64,000 nucleotides of DNA from an uncultured delta proteobacterium (GCA_963794325.1 CAWCDG010000004.1:608001-672000); one strand, 5' to 3'; counted from the first letter of the stretch, positions 47,536 through 59,642 are shown. Numbers and translations are program-made. The notes: a model not told the origin generated them from the sequence alone.

Positions 47536-49007
47536 CGCAACCGTCTGTCGCGGGATCGATAGACCCACGCGTCGAAGATGCCGGCGGGGCTGGTGAAAAA
47601 GCGGCGTCATATCGCGACCAGCGAATCGCGTACTGGAACAGCTACACTCGCCGCGGTTCGAGCAATTACTATCATCGCAGAATCGCCGAGATTTATCAGT
47701 TTCTGATTCCACCGGGACAGCGCGTGCTGGAGCTTGGGAGCGGCGAAGGTGATCTGATCGCGTCGCTCAAGCCGTCAACCGGCATAGGAGTCGATTTTTC
47801 GCCGGAGATGATATCTCGCGCGCGAAATAAACATCCTGAGATCGAGTTCCTGTTACAGGACGTCCAGGAATTGGATTTGCCCGGAACGTTCGACTACATC
47901 GTCATTTCCGATCTGGTGAATGACTTGTGGGACGTCGAGGCCGTATTCGAGCGGATCGCCGATCTAAGCGGGCCGCAGACCCGGATCGTAGTCAATACCT
48001 ATAGCCGCCTGTGGGAACTTCCGCTGGCCTCGGTCCGAGCGCTCGGTCTCGCCAATCCGGCGATCGATCGAAACTGGCTGACAACCGAAGACGTCGAGAA
48101 CATGCTCTATCTGAGTGGGTTCGAGATGATTCGGCGCTGGCAGGAAGTTCTTTTTCCCCTGCGAGTCCCTGTGATTGACGCGCTCTTCAACAAATACCTG
48201 GTAAAGATTGGACCGTTTCGGTTGGCCGCGCTCACTAATTTCCTGATAGCGCGTCCTTCATGGCTGCGCGAAGCCGCGCGCGATCGGAAACCGATCGTGA
48301 GCGTGGTGGTGCCGGCCCGCAACGAAGCCGGCAATATCGAGAATATTTTCCGACGCGTTCCCGAGATGGGCGCCGGCACCGAACTGATTTTCGTTGAAGG
48401 TCATTCTACTGACGACACCTACGGCGCTATCGAGCGGACCGCGGCTAACTATCCGGGCAAGCGCGTGAAGATCATTCGCCAGAGCGGGCGCGGGAAAGGT
48501 GACGCTGTTCGGGCTGGATTTGCGGCGGCCGAGGGCGACGTACTGATGATACTCGACGCTGACTTGACGGTGCCGCCCGAAGACCTGCCGCGATTCTACG
48601 AGGTATTGCGATCGGGCAAGGGTGAATTCGTCAACGGCGTGAGACTGGTTTACCCGATGGAGGCGCAGGCGATGCGCTTCTTCAACCTGATTGGAAACAA
48701 GTTTTTCGCGGTCGCATTCTCGTGGTTGCTGGGGCAATCAATCAAGGACACGTTATGCGGCACCAAGGTGCTGAGCCGTCAGAACTACGACTTGATAGCG
48801 CGGAATCGAGGCTACTTCGGAGAGTTTGATCCGTTCGGCGATTTCGACCTAATCTTCGGCGCTGCCAAGCTCAATTTGAAGGTCGTTGACGTACCGATTC
48901 GCTACGCGGAACGCACCTACGGCGAGACCAACATCGCACGCTGGAGCCACGGCTTGCTGTTGATCCGAATGGTGATGTTCGCCTGCACGCGGATCAAGTT
49001 CGTCTGA
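47532..49007 (+). CDS. Methyltransferase-GT2 glycosyltransferase fusion
   Basis: LELGSGEG; then VVVPARNE, GKG.A, DAD, DTLCG.K. Confidence 0.9.
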   Translation: MTQPSVAGSIDPRVEDAGGAGEKAASYRDQRIAYWNSYTRRGSSNYYHRRIAEIYQFLIPPGQRVLELGSGEGDLIASLKPSTGIGVDFSPEMISRARNKHPEIEFLLQDVQELDLPGTFDYIVISDLVNDLWDVEAVFERIADLSGPQTRIVVNTYSRLWELPLASVRALGLANPAIDRNWLTTEDVENMLYLSGFEMIRRWQEVLFPLRVPVIDALFNKYLVKIGPFRLAALTNFLIARPSWLREAARDRKPIVSVVVPARNEAGNIENIFRRVPEMGAGTELIFVEGHSTDDTYGAIERTAANYPGKRVKIIRQSGRGKGDAVRAGFAAAEGDVLMILDADLTVPPEDLPRFYEVLRSGKGEFVNGVRLVYPMEAQAMRFFNLIGNKFFAVAFSWLLGQSIKDTLCGTKVLSRQNYDLIARNRGYFGEFDPFGDFDLIFGAAKLNLKVVDVPIRYAERTYGETNIARWSHGLLLIRMVMFACTRIKFV

Positions 49008-49011
49008 ACCC

Positions 49012-50679
49012 TTGTTCACTCACCTGAAAGCAGGTTCTTCGCCCAACATCGATAAGCGGTTGCAATTTCTCCTGGTGATTGCACTCACCATGTTCGCTGC
49101 GTGGTTGAGATTTTCGTCGATAGGCTTCGGGCTCCCCGATCAGCTTCGTCCTGATGAAGAGAGGACCGTTCCGACCGCGCTCGGCTTCGAAAAGGATTGG
49201 AATCCTCATTTCGCGATCTATCCAGCAGCCCAGACCTATCTCATCCACGGAGCTTTGCGATCGTACGCGACGTTAACTGGCGCCGACCGGAATCTGCACA
49301 CCGCGTACGGTTCCGATAACGGAGCGCAGGCGTTTTTGATCGCCCGGCAAATCTCAGCGGCAATGGGCGCTTTAACAGTTCCGGTAATCTATCTGGCTGC
49401 AGCGCCGGTATTTGGACCCGTCGCCGCTCTAGTCTCGGCGGCGATTGTAGGCGTCAGCTATATCCATGTGCGCGAGTCCAAGTTCGCCAAGCCTGAAGTT
49501 CCAGCTGGCTTGTGGCTGGCTCTGAGTATCTTGATGACGTTGCGCATCGCCACCCGCGGTGATCTGATTGACTACGTCCTGGCAGGTTTTTTCTGTGGCT
49601 TGGCGGCGGCAACGCATTATGCGGCTGGAGCGATAGCAATTGGCATTTTCGTTGCGCACCTCGAGGCCCGACACCGAGAGCATCAACCGATGCGCACTTC
49701 TCGACTGGCTCCGAGAATTTACCTTGCAGGTCTTGTTACGATACTGACCTTCTGTTGTGCCGACCCTTATTTCTTTCTCGACTTGCGCCAGACTGTGCTC
49801 GATTTCGCCTACATGCATAGCAGTTATACGACGTGGAATGGTGGTCACTCGCCGGCGGGCTACGGATGGTCTTGGCTTTTGCTGCGGGCAATGCCGGCGG
49901 GTTTCGGAATCGAATTGGAAATCGTTTTGCTTGCCGCGATGCTATGGGCGATCTTTCGCCCGAGGCCCGGTACGTTCGCACTCCTCGCCTTCATCGTGGT
50001 CTGCTTCTTGATGCTGACCCGCGGTCATCCACAACTCGAGTTTCGCTACCTCACGACCCCGCTGCTCGCGATGGCGGTGCTCGGCGGCATATTTTTCGCC
50101 GACCTGACTGCATTGGCATGCTCGCGGATGGGTACGCGCCCAAGCCTCGCGATGGCAGGATTGGCTGGCATCCTCATATTGGCGCCGTCTCTGATTCGAG
50201 ATGTGCAGCTTAACTGGCTCCTCGATCAGACGGACACTCGCACAATCGCTCGCAAATGGATGATTGAGCATATTCCGCCAGCTTCGTCAGTTGTCTTTGT
50301 TGGTGGTGATGGTTTCGGGAAGCCGCAGGTGGCTGGAATGTACAATCCGCTTCCGGTCCATAGTCTGGACTGTCTGAAAAAGGCGACCAAGTCGGCGCAG
50401 TGGGTTGTCTCGGACACCTTTCCGCCGCTTAGTATCTGGTCGCCGGGCGCCACGGACGCAGAGGTAGCTGAACTGAATTCCGAAGGCACGCTCGAGTTCG
50501 ATGTGGACTCGATAAGACCTGGGACCGAGCCCGCGTTCGATCCCAATGACGCCTTCTATGTGCCCTTCACCGACACGACAAGTATGTTAAGACCTGGTCC
50601 GAGAATCCGCATATGGAAGATTACTGCATCGCCAGGCGGTTCTACCGTCCCTGCCGCCTTTCCGCCGGGAGGATGTTGA
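49012..50679 (+). CDS. GT-C (ArnT/PMT-like) glycosyltransferase
   Basis: Polytopic protein with an early PDE motif; follows a GT2 gene. Confidence 0.8.
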   Translation: MFTHLKAGSSPNIDKRLQFLLVIALTMFAAWLRFSSIGFGLPDQLRPDEERTVPTALGFEKDWNPHFAIYPAAQTYLIHGALRSYATLTGADRNLHTAYGSDNGAQAFLIARQISAAMGALTVPVIYLAAAPVFGPVAALVSAAIVGVSYIHVRESKFAKPEVPAGLWLALSILMTLRIATRGDLIDYVLAGFFCGLAAATHYAAGAIAIGIFVAHLEARHREHQPMRTSRLAPRIYLAGLVTILTFCCADPYFFLDLRQTVLDFAYMHSSYTTWNGGHSPAGYGWSWLLLRAMPAGFGIELEIVLLAAMLWAIFRPRPGTFALLAFIVVCFLMLTRGHPQLEFRYLTTPLLAMAVLGGIFFADLTALACSRMGTRPSLAMAGLAGILILAPSLIRDVQLNWLLDQTDTRTIARKWMIEHIPPASSVVFVGGDGFGKPQVAGMYNPLPVHSLDCLKKATKSAQWVVSDTFPPLSIWSPGATDAEVAELNSEGTLEFDVDSIRPGTEPAFDPNDAFYVPFTDTTSMLRPGPRIRIWKITASPGGSTVPAAFPPGGC

Positions 50680-50716
50680 TGAACGCACGAGATCTCACGA
50701 GAGCGGGCATCGCTCC

Positions 50717-51385
50717 GTGATAAGCAATCAGCCTCAAACTGATTTGCAGCTGACTCTTCGCCTGTTGAAGGATCTCGTTCCTAATGGCCCGACTGATCCA
50801 ATCGCGTACTACAGGCGTCCGTTGATCGGACGATTCTTTCGCGAGCGAATCAATCTCGGGCTGCGAATGATCGCCGATCGCCGCTACGGCAAAGCGCTAG
50901 AGGTCGGCTATGGCGCGGGCGCAGTGCTGCTCGCGATCGCCGCAAACGTGGACGAGTTGTACGGCATCGACCTCGACGCCGACCCCGCCCCGGTCGAGGC
51001 GTGGCTACGCGGCTATGGGCGCACCGCCAGGCTGGTCCAGGGCAGCGTCTATGAATTGCCCTACGAGACGGCGGACTTCGACCTCGTCCTCAGCTTCTCG
51101 GTCTTCGAGCATCTGCATCGGTACGAGCACGCGCTCAGCGAGGTAGCACGCGTACTCAGGCCGGGTGGCCGTTTTCTTCTCGGCATGCCGGCGGTGAACA
51201 CGATGATGGAGTTGGGGTTTCGCATAATCGGATTCAAGGGCATCGAAGATCATCACGTCACCACGCCGCGAGCCGCGGCCCGCGCTTTCGATCGCGCCGG
51301 CTTGCGGATCATTCGCCACGCGCGGCTGCAGTTGATTCCCGGATTGCCGCTGTATTTCAACTGGCTGCTGGAAAAAGTCGCGTGA
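50717..51385 (+). CDS. Class I SAM-dependent methyltransferase
   Basis: LEVGYGAG, FD.V.SFSVFEH, RVLRPGG. Confidence 0.88.
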   Translation: MISNQPQTDLQLTLRLLKDLVPNGPTDPIAYYRRPLIGRFFRERINLGLRMIADRRYGKALEVGYGAGAVLLAIAANVDELYGIDLDADPAPVEAWLRGYGRTARLVQGSVYELPYETADFDLVLSFSVFEHLHRYEHALSEVARVLRPGGRFLLGMPAVNTMMELGFRIIGFKGIEDHHVTTPRAAARAFDRAGLRIIRHARLQLIPGLPLYFNWLLEKVA

Positions 51386-51418
51386 CGCGCGCGTCGCTCG
51401 AAGTGGCTCAAACCGCGG

Positions 51419-52279
51419 TTAGAGTCGTTGGCGCCGAGCCTTCGCGATCACGTTGATGCTGCTGCCGGCCGGCACCATCGCGTGGATGCTGTGTGAGTCC
51501 ATCGGCAATTCGGATCGGTGGTCGAGATGGAACATCGAATAACCGGCGCTAGTCAGCAATGACAGCAGATCGTCGAGAGATTTGCCGTGTTCCGAATAGA
51601 GATAGGGCGACAACTCCATCAGGATCGCGGGTTGGTATTTCTTCAGCGTCGCCATAGCGCCACCAAGGACGTGACACTCGAACCCGTCGACGTCCATCTT
51701 GATGAAATCGACTTTTTTCAGTCCGAGGCTCTGCAGGTGGCTGTCTAGCTTGAGCGCTCTGCAACCTTCGGTCGATTTGAGTCGGCCGCGATGACCTTGG
51801 TGCACATTTTGTTGGGTGTTCAAAGGCCAGCTCGAATAGATCTCACGTTCCGGAATGCTGTCGTCGGAATCGGTCAGCATCATTTGCGCGACGGTGACGC
51901 GATCAACGAGGACGGGATTCAGGGCGAGGTTCTGCCGGAGCTTGTGCACGGCATAGGCGGTCGGTTCATACGCGATCACTGCGCCGTTGTCGCCGACCAA
52001 TCTGGCCAGGTGGAGGGTGTGTGCACCGACGTTCGCGCCGATGTCGAGGACCGTGTCGCCCGGCTTGACGATTTTGCGGTATGCATTCACCGTCGAGCGC
52101 TCGAACGCACCCAGCAGGTAAATTGAGAGGTCGATGCCCTGCTCCAGGTCGAGGCGCCACTTGAGTCCGTCACGAATCACTTCGACTTCGTTGGAATCGC
52201 GACCGGCCAGGCTACGCGCGGCGCGAACGGTTCGCGAAAGTGCGCCGGCAATTTTGACCTTGGTATGCGTGCTTAGCAT
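51419..52279 (-). CDS. FkbM-family methyltransferase
   Basis: DIGANVG, YEP, KMDVDGFE..VL.G. Confidence 0.9.
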   Translation of the reverse strand: MLSTHTKVKIAGALSRTVRAARSLAGRDSNEVEVIRDGLKWRLDLEQGIDLSIYLLGAFERSTVNAYRKIVKPGDTVLDIGANVGAHTLHLARLVGDNGAVIAYEPTAYAVHKLRQNLALNPVLVDRVTVAQMMLTDSDDSIPEREIYSSWPLNTQQNVHQGHRGRLKSTEGCRALKLDSHLQSLGLKKVDFIKMDVDGFECHVLGGAMATLKKYQPAILMELSPYLYSEHGKSLDDLLSLLTSAGYSMFHLDHRSELPMDSHSIHAMVPAGSSINVIAKARRQRL

Positions 52280-52339
52280 CGATTCGCGACAGGATAACGC
52301 AAACGTGGGCGCATCGCATCGCGCGCGCGGCTATAGTAG

Positions 52340-53368
<1,029 letters not shown>

Positions 53369-53373
53369 CTATA

Positions 53374-53398
53374 AGCCTGAGGCTCGAGGCCTCAGGCT
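53374..53398. terminator. Hairpin between convergent genes
   Basis: AGCCTGAGGC-TCGAG-GCCTCAGGCT. Confidence 0.55.
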
Positions 53399-53413
53399 CT
53401 CATCAATCGAAAG

Positions 53414-53776
53414 CTATTCGCCGGGTCGCGGCGGAATCGCTACGTAGTTGCCGGGATTCGCCGCCATCGCATCGTGAATGTCGGGATGCGCCGAGAAGAA
53501 CTTGCTGAGCTGCGGATGCTTCTTCGCATAGTCGGCGTCATTGATCAGCGCGGGATTGTGGGCAAGCTCGCTGGCAACCTTCGGATGCCCGCCCGCGAAA
53601 TCGTTCCAGGCCTTGAGCTTCTGCGCGTCGATATCGCGACCATCGGCCGCCTTGAACACGGTCGTGGTATTTCCATTCACGACAGTGCCCAGCGTTTTTC
53701 CTTCTTGCGCCATCGATGGAGCGGCGAAAGCGATTGGAAGCGCGAGTGCGATCAATAGGGTCGATATACGATTCAT
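53414..53776 (-). CDS. Small secreted protein, paralogue 1
   Basis: Signal peptide ending AQEGK; F..HP...L..NP repeats; ends IPPRPGE. Confidence 0.8.
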   Translation of the reverse strand: MNRISTLLIALALPIAFAAPSMAQEGKTLGTVVNGNTTTVFKAADGRDIDAQKLKAWNDFAGGHPKVASELAHNPALINDADYAKKHPQLSKFFSAHPDIHDAMAANPGNYVAIPPRPGE

Positions 53777-53913
53777 GTTTTCAGCATAGTGTCTCCGATC
53801 TGAAATGCAAAAGTTTCAAGCGTGCTGTCAGGAACACAAATGCCCTTTTTGAGCGGCGGGTCGCATGCCGCTCAAACAGCCGCTAAAAGCCAGCACGATC
53901 GCAGCGCGAACGC

Positions 53914-54277
53914 TTATTCGCCGGGACGCGGAGGAATCGCGTTGTAATTGCCGGGATTCTCGGCCATCGCCTCGCGAACATCCGGATGCGCCGAGAAGAA
54001 CTGAGCCGAGTTCAGGATGCTGCTGCACAAAACTGTCGCTGTTAATCAGCGATGGCTTGTAGGCGAGTTGGCGCGCGATGTCGGGATGCTCGCTGGCGAA
54101 GCTGCCCCAGGTTTGAAGTTTCTGCATGTCGAGATCGCTGGAGTCGGCGGCCTGGAACACAATCTGGGTGCGTCCGTTGTCAACCTGGCCAAGCACTTTC
54201 CCTTCCTGCGCGAAAGCCGGTGCGGCAAATGCTATCGGGACCGCAAGTGCGAACAGCGCTTTTGATAGTCGCTTCAT
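53914..54277 (-). CDS. Small secreted protein, paralogue 2, +1 frameshift near 54007
   Basis: Aligns to paralogue 1; the corrected frame ends NPGNYNAIPPRPGE*. Confidence 0.75.
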
Positions 54278-54410
54278 AATTTCGCTCTCCTTCGCCTGCC
54301 GAATCGTTCGGTAGGCCGATATTTTGAAGGAGCAACTCTCGTACCGACGGCTTAATCCAGAACAATTTTCTGGACGCGTGGCAGAATCTGCCGAGATGGG
54401 AAGGTATTAC

Positions 54411-55055
54411 TTACACAGTATTCGGCTTCGTCCGAATTTCGCCTTTGGTGTTTTTCGAGTAGTGCAATTTTGATGGGGCGGCAGCGCCACCCGACATAAT
54501 GAAGGTCATCGCTTCGTTGATTGTCCAATCGAGCATGACAAGGCGGCTGGTTGGCACCAGTTCCATGTAACCGGAAGTCGGATTCGGGGTGGTCGGGACG
54601 TAAACTGCGGCGATTTCTTCTCCGGTTTCGGCATCGTTAAAGATTCTGGTCACGAGACCGACGGTTTTCATTTCCGGCGACGGAAATTCGATCAAGACGA
54701 CGCGCTGCGAGCTGCCGGGCCTGGTCTGAAAGCTGGTGACGAGTTGGCGCGCGGCGCCATAGATCGATTGGACGATCGGAATTCGCGCCATCAGGTAGTC
54801 GAATGCGCCGAGCAAGCGGCGTCCCGCGACGGCGGTCGCAATCTCGCCGAGGACATACAAAGCGGCCAGGACAATAGCGACCGAGATCGTGCCTTGAAAC
54901 CATGGCGCTGAAAATCCCAGGGCGAGCGTCCTGACGAATGGACTGCCGATCGCAACCAGGACGCTCACCAGGAAACTGATCACCCAGACGGTGACAAGGA
55001 TAGGAATGGCAGTCAGAATTCCCGCCACCAGATTGCGCCGGATCTTTGCGAGCAT
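54411..55055 (-). CDS. DUF502-family membrane protein
   Basis: RIPIVQSIY and VYVPTTPNPTSG. Confidence 0.9.
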   Translation of the reverse strand: MLAKIRRNLVAGILTAIPILVTVWVISFLVSVLVAIGSPFVRTLALGFSAPWFQGTISVAIVLAALYVLGEIATAVAGRRLLGAFDYLMARIPIVQSIYGAARQLVTSFQTRPGSSQRVVLIEFPSPEMKTVGLVTRIFNDAETGEEIAAVYVPTTPNPTSGYMELVPTSRLVMLDWTINEAMTFIMSGGAAAPSKLHYSKNTKGEIRTKPNTV

Positions 55056-55152
55056 CGACCGAGTCCTATCCTCCTGCGCGCGCCAGTTCAGTCGTGCGAC
55101 GGCGCGGCGCAATTGATCAGTTTACCGATGGTTCGATCCTGAGTCCTGTCAC

Positions 55153-58100
55153 TCACCAGGTATCGATGTTGGGACGCTTCTTGCCGGCGCGCGGGGGCTT
55201 CGAAGGGGTCGATCGCAGACCCGCGACGATCCATTTGCGCGAATCGAGCGGGTCGATGACGTCGTCGATCTCGAAGTGCGACGCGGTGTTCACCGCCTTG
55301 CCGTGGCGATACATCCGATCGACCATCTCGTCGAACAGTTCCTTGCGCTTCGCGGGATCCTCGACCGCGGCGAGCTCATTGCGATAGCCAAGTTTCACGG
55401 CCCCTTCGAGTCCCATGCCGCCGAATTCGCCGGTCGGCCACGCGACGGTGAAAATCGGCGCCTTGAAGCTGCCGCCCGCCATCGCCTGCGCGCCCAATCC
55501 GTAGCCCTTGCGCAATATGATCGTGAACACAGGCACGCTGACGTTCGCGCCCGTCACGAACATCCGCGACGCATGCCGCACCAGCGCGGTCTTCTCGACC
55601 TCGGGGCCAACCATGATTCCGGGAGTGTCGCACAGGAACAGCAGCGGGATGTCGAAGGCGTCGCACAACTGCATGAAGCGCGCGGCCTTGTCGGCGCCGT
55701 TGCTGTCGATCGCACCCGCCAGATGCACCGGGTTGTTTGCGATCAATCCCACCGGACGTCCTTCGACTCTGATCAGCGACGTCACCATACCGGGGCCGAA
55801 ATGGCGGCGTATCTCGAGCACTGACCCGGCATCGGCGAGTGTCTCGATCACGGCTCGGACGTCGTAAATGCGAAGTCGATTTTCGGGAATGATCGTGCGC
55901 AGCAAACGCTGATCGGCGCATAGCCAGTCGCGAACTTCTCCCTGAAAGTACGATAGGTACTTCTTCGCTACCTCTACTGCTTCGCGCTCGTCGGCGACTG
56001 GAATGTCTACTACGCCATTAGCTACTTGCACGTCCATCGGCCCTACTTCTTCGGGGCGGAATATACCCAGTCCGCCACCTTCGATCATCGCGGGACCACC
56101 CATTCCTATGTTCGAGCCCTTGGTCGCGATTACTACATCGCAGCATCCTAGTAATGCGGCATTGCCGGCGAAGCATCGGCCCGAGTTGATACCTACTAGC
56201 GGTACCAGGCCGCTCAACTTTCCCCAGTAGTTGAATGCCATGCAGTCGAGTCCCGCGACGCCGAGTCCGTCGGTATCGCCGGGGCGTCCGCCGCCGCCCT
56301 CGGTGAAGAACACCACTGGCAGGCGCGATTTCTGCGCGATCTCGAACATCCGATCTTTCTTGCGATGGTTCTGCTGCCCCTGCGTGCCGGCGAGGACGGT
56401 GTAGTCGTACGACATCAGGACGCACTGCGCTTTTGATTCCTCGAACAGGTCGCCGTTGACGCGTCCAATCCCCGCGACCATTCCGTCAGCGGGAGTGTTC
56501 TTCACCAGGTCTTCGATCGTACGCCGCCGCCGCTGCGCCGCGATCACCAGTGCACCGTACTCGACGAACGTGGCGGGGTCGCACAGGTCGTCGATATTTT
56601 CGCGGGTAGTGCGCTGCCCCGTCTTGCGCCGGCGCGCGACCGCCTCGGGCCGCGCTTCGTCGAGGCCGAGGGCATGACGCTCAACCACTTCGGCGAGATC
56701 GGGACGCACACGATCGAGATCCACTTCGCCAGTCTCGGCCTTGTGCGACGTTTCGACATCCGCTTCTTCGATGAATGCGAGCGGATGACCTTCGAAGATC
56801 GCGTCGCCTTTGGCAACGGTGATGCGTCGCACGATTCCGCTCTTGTCGGCCGCGATGACGTGCTCCATTTTCATCGCTTCCATGACGAACAGTTGCTGCC
56901 CGCGGTGCACGCGGTCGCCCTCACTCACATCGACGGAAACGATCGTGCCTTGCATGGGGGCCTCGATCGCGACTGTGTTCTCAGGTGCCGTGATATCGTG
57001 CGCTTGCGGAGTCACGACGGTGGTGGTCGCGGCAATTGGCGACGGCGCGTTGCTCTCGGATTTCCCATGATGAAGAACGGCGAGCGGATCGCTCGCGTCG
57101 ATCTTTGCTCCTGCGCGACGTCCACCGCTCTCGGCGGTCGCTCTGGGAGCCGACGTTGGACGATCGAAGAACAACCGCCGATGTTCGGATTTTTCCCCAA
57201 TCAGCGCCGCAATGTTGTCCTCGACGAAACGCGTGTAGACACGATTCGCGATGAACTCGGGATGGCGCAGCAGGCTCTGCAGGAATCCAATGTTGGTAGG
57301 CACGCCTTCGATCCTGAATTCGCACAGCGCGCGGTAGCTCTTCGTCGCCACGTCAGCGAAGTCCGCCGAGTTCGAGTGCACGATGAGCTTGGCGAGCAGC
57401 GAGTCGAAGCTCGGGCTCGTCGTGTATCCGGCATAGGCGAACGAATCGGTGCGCACGCGCGGTCCCGACGGCGCCTCGAACGCCGTGATCGTCCCACCCG
57501 CCGGTTTCGCGCTGCCATCAGCGCGCATCGATTCCATATTGATTCGCACCTGCATCGCGAATCCGCGCGGTTTGGGAATGTCCTTTTGCTGCATTCCGAG
57601 TTCCGCGAGCGAACTGCCTGACGCAAGTTGAATCTGCAGCTTGACGAGATCGATGCCGGTCACTTCTTCCGTAACCGTGTGCTCGACCTGGAGGCGCGGG
57701 TTGGCCTCGATGAACGCAAAGCCGGCCTCATCGCTCGCGGACGCGTCCGCATTGACGAGAAACTCGAAGGTGCCGAGGTTGTCGTAACGGACCTCTTTCG
57801 CCATGCGAACCGCGGCCGCGGTCAGACGATCGCGAATCGCCGGCTCGAGTCCGGGGCTCGGCGCTACCTCGACGATCTTCTGATTGCGACGTTGGATGCT
57901 GCACTCGCGCTCCCACAAGTGGCTGACATTGCCCGAGTGGTCGCCGATGATTTGCACTTCGATGTGACGCGCACGCGGCATCAACTGCTCGACGTACACG
58001 TCGCCGACTCCGAACGACGCCCGCGCCTCTGACTGGCATCGCTTGTAGGCTTCGTCGATTTCCTCGATGCGAGAGACGGCGCGCATACCGCGTCCGCCGC

Positions 58101-58590
58101 CGCCGGCCACTGCCTTGATCATGATCGAAGCGCCGTCGCCCAGCGACGAGAAAAAACGTCGCACCTCGTCGAGGCTGGTCGCTGCCAAGGTGCCGCGCAA
58201 AATCGGCACGCCGCATCGGTCGGCCAGCGCTCGCGCCTGCACCTTGTCGCCGAAGAGCTCGAGGATTTCCGCGCGTGGTCCGACGAACGTGATGATCGCC
58301 TCGGCGCATCGCCGAGCAAAGCCGGCGTTCTCGCTGAGAAAGCCGTAGCCGGGATGGATGGCGTCGCAGCCCGCCTCTTTGGCGATCGCTATGATCTGTT
58401 CTCCATCAAGGTATGCGGCTGCGCCCGCGCCGGTGAGACGGCGAGCCTCGTCAGCTTTTCGGGTATGCAGCGAGGTAGCGTCGTCGTCCGGGAAAACAGC
58501 TACGGTGCGGATGCCCATCTCGGCGGCCGCGCGGATTATTCGAATCGCGATCTCACCGCGGTTGGCGATCAGAAGACTGTTCGGAGTCAT
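55153..58590 (-). CDS. Single-chain biotin-dependent carboxylase (BC-BCCP-CT)
   Basis: ANRGEIA, EAMKM, YDYTVLAGTQG, DTPG.MVG.E.E. Confidence 0.93.
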   Translation of the reverse strand: MTPNSLLIANRGEIAIRIIRAAAEMGIRTVAVFPDDDATSLHTRKADEARRLTGAGAAAYLDGEQIIAIAKEAGCDAIHPGYGFLSENAGFARRCAEAIITFVGPRAEILELFGDKVQARALADRCGVPILRGTLAATSLDEVRRFFSSLGDGASIMIKAVAGGGGRGMRAVSRIEEIDEAYKRCQSEARASFGVGDVYVEQLMPRARHIEVQIIGDHSGNVSHLWERECSIQRRNQKIVEVAPSPGLEPAIRDRLTAAAVRMAKEVRYDNLGTFEFLVNADASASDEAGFAFIEANPRLQVEHTVTEEVTGIDLVKLQIQLASGSSLAELGMQQKDIPKPRGFAMQVRINMESMRADGSAKPAGGTITAFEAPSGPRVRTDSFAYAGYTTSPSFDSLLAKLIVHSNSADFADVATKSYRALCEFRIEGVPTNIGFLQSLLRHPEFIANRVYTRFVEDNIAALIGEKSEHRRLFFDRPTSAPRATAESGGRRAGAKIDASDPLAVLHHGKSESNAPSPIAATTTVVTPQAHDITAPENTVAIEAPMQGTIVSVDVSEGDRVHRGQQLFVMEAMKMEHVIAADKSGIVRRITVAKGDAIFEGHPLAFIEEADVETSHKAETGEVDLDRVRPDLAEVVERHALGLDEARPEAVARRRKTGQRTTRENIDDLCDPATFVEYGALVIAAQRRRRTIEDLVKNTPADGMVAGIGRVNGDLFEESKAQCVLMSYDYTVLAGTQGQQNHRKKDRMFEIAQKSRLPVVFFTEGGGGRPGDTDGLGVAGLDCMAFNYWGKLSGLVPLVGINSGRCFAGNAALLGCCDVVIATKGSNIGMGGPAMIEGGGLGIFRPEEVGPMDVQVANGVVDIPVADEREAVEVAKKYLSYFQGEVRDWLCADQRLLRTIIPENRLRIYDVRAVIETLADAGSVLEIRRHFGPGMVTSLIRVEGRPVGLIANNPVHLAGAIDSNGADKAARFMQLCDAFDIPLLFLCDTPGIMVGPEVEKTALVRHASRMFVTGANVSVPVFTIILRKGYGLGAQAMAGGSFKAPIFTVAWPTGEFGGMGLEGAVKLGYRNELAAVEDPAKRKELFDEMVDRMYRHGKAVNTASHFEIDDVIDPLDSRKWIVAGLRSTPSKPPRAGKKRPNIDTW

Positions 58591-58745
58591 ATTTCTCTCG
58601 TCTCGTTTTGAGTACGCGGAAACCTCGCGCCTCAACTTGTATCTAAAGCATGAGCAGCCCGCCGCGCGAAAGCGCAGAATGCACCTGTGCATATATGTCG
58701 TTGAGCGGGTGCCGAGCCACGGCTATAGTTTTGAGAACTGATCGC

Positions 58746-59636
58746 ATGCGATTCTGCATTAAACACGTCACCCGATACGTTTACGAACAGCCCGCATCCC
58801 ATTCTCACAACGACGTGCGCTTAACTCCAATCGACGCGCCGGATCAGAAGCGTATCTGTTTCAGGCTCGACGTCACGCCGGCCGCCGAGATTTCCGAGTA
58901 TCATGACGCCTTCGGCAACCTTACGCATTCGATAGATATCCAGCCGCCTCACACCGAGCTGATCATCAGCTCGACCTCGATCGTGGATCGGATCGCTGTG
59001 CCCGCTCAACACTCGGCGCGGATCACGTTTCATGACTATCTGAACGATGACGCGGCCAGGATGAAAGAGTACTCGGATTTTTTGAATCCGAGCCGCTATG
59101 TACCATTCAGCGATCGATTGCGAAGATTTTTCTGGTCTGTACGGCCCCAGTTATCCGAAGACGTTACGGCTTACACAGAGCGCATGATGCTCTACGTGCG
59201 AAATCAATTTGGCTACGACGGCGGCACTACTCATGTACATTCGACCGTCGATGACATACTCACGACGGGTGGTGGAGTATGTCAGGACTTCGCGCATCTT
59301 AGCATAGGTCTGCTGCGTCTGGCCGGAATTCCTGCGCGATATGTCTCAGGCTACTTGGCGCCTGATCCCGGCATGAAGGCTAACTCTCCCCCGCCGGAAT
59401 TGGCCAGCCACGCGTGGATCGAAGCGCTTCTGCCAGGCATCGGTTGGACGGGTTTCGATCCGACCCACCGGACCCGCACTATGATACGCCACCTACGACT
59501 TGCGGTCGGCAGAGACTACAATGACTTACCACCTGTGTCGGGTGTCTATAACAGTGGTGGCGGCGGCCGTCGCATGGCTTATGAGTTAGAAGTAAGTCTT
59601 GCCAATCAGGAGAGTTCCGAGGAGTTAACCGGATAG
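58746..59636 (+). CDS. Transglutaminase-family protein
   Basis: H.T.Y.Y N-terminal domain, GVCQDFAH, RYVSGY, HAW, FDPT. Confidence 0.92.
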   Translation: MRFCIKHVTRYVYEQPASHSHNDVRLTPIDAPDQKRICFRLDVTPAAEISEYHDAFGNLTHSIDIQPPHTELIISSTSIVDRIAVPAQHSARITFHDYLNDDAARMKEYSDFLNPSRYVPFSDRLRRFFWSVRPQLSEDVTAYTERMMLYVRNQFGYDGGTTHVHSTVDDILTTGGGVCQDFAHLSIGLLRLAGIPARYVSGYLAPDPGMKANSPPPELASHAWIEALLPGIGWTGFDPTHRTRTMIRHLRLAVGRDYNDLPPVSGVYNSGGGGRRMAYELEVSLANQESSEELTG

Positions 59637-59642
59637 AAGTGT

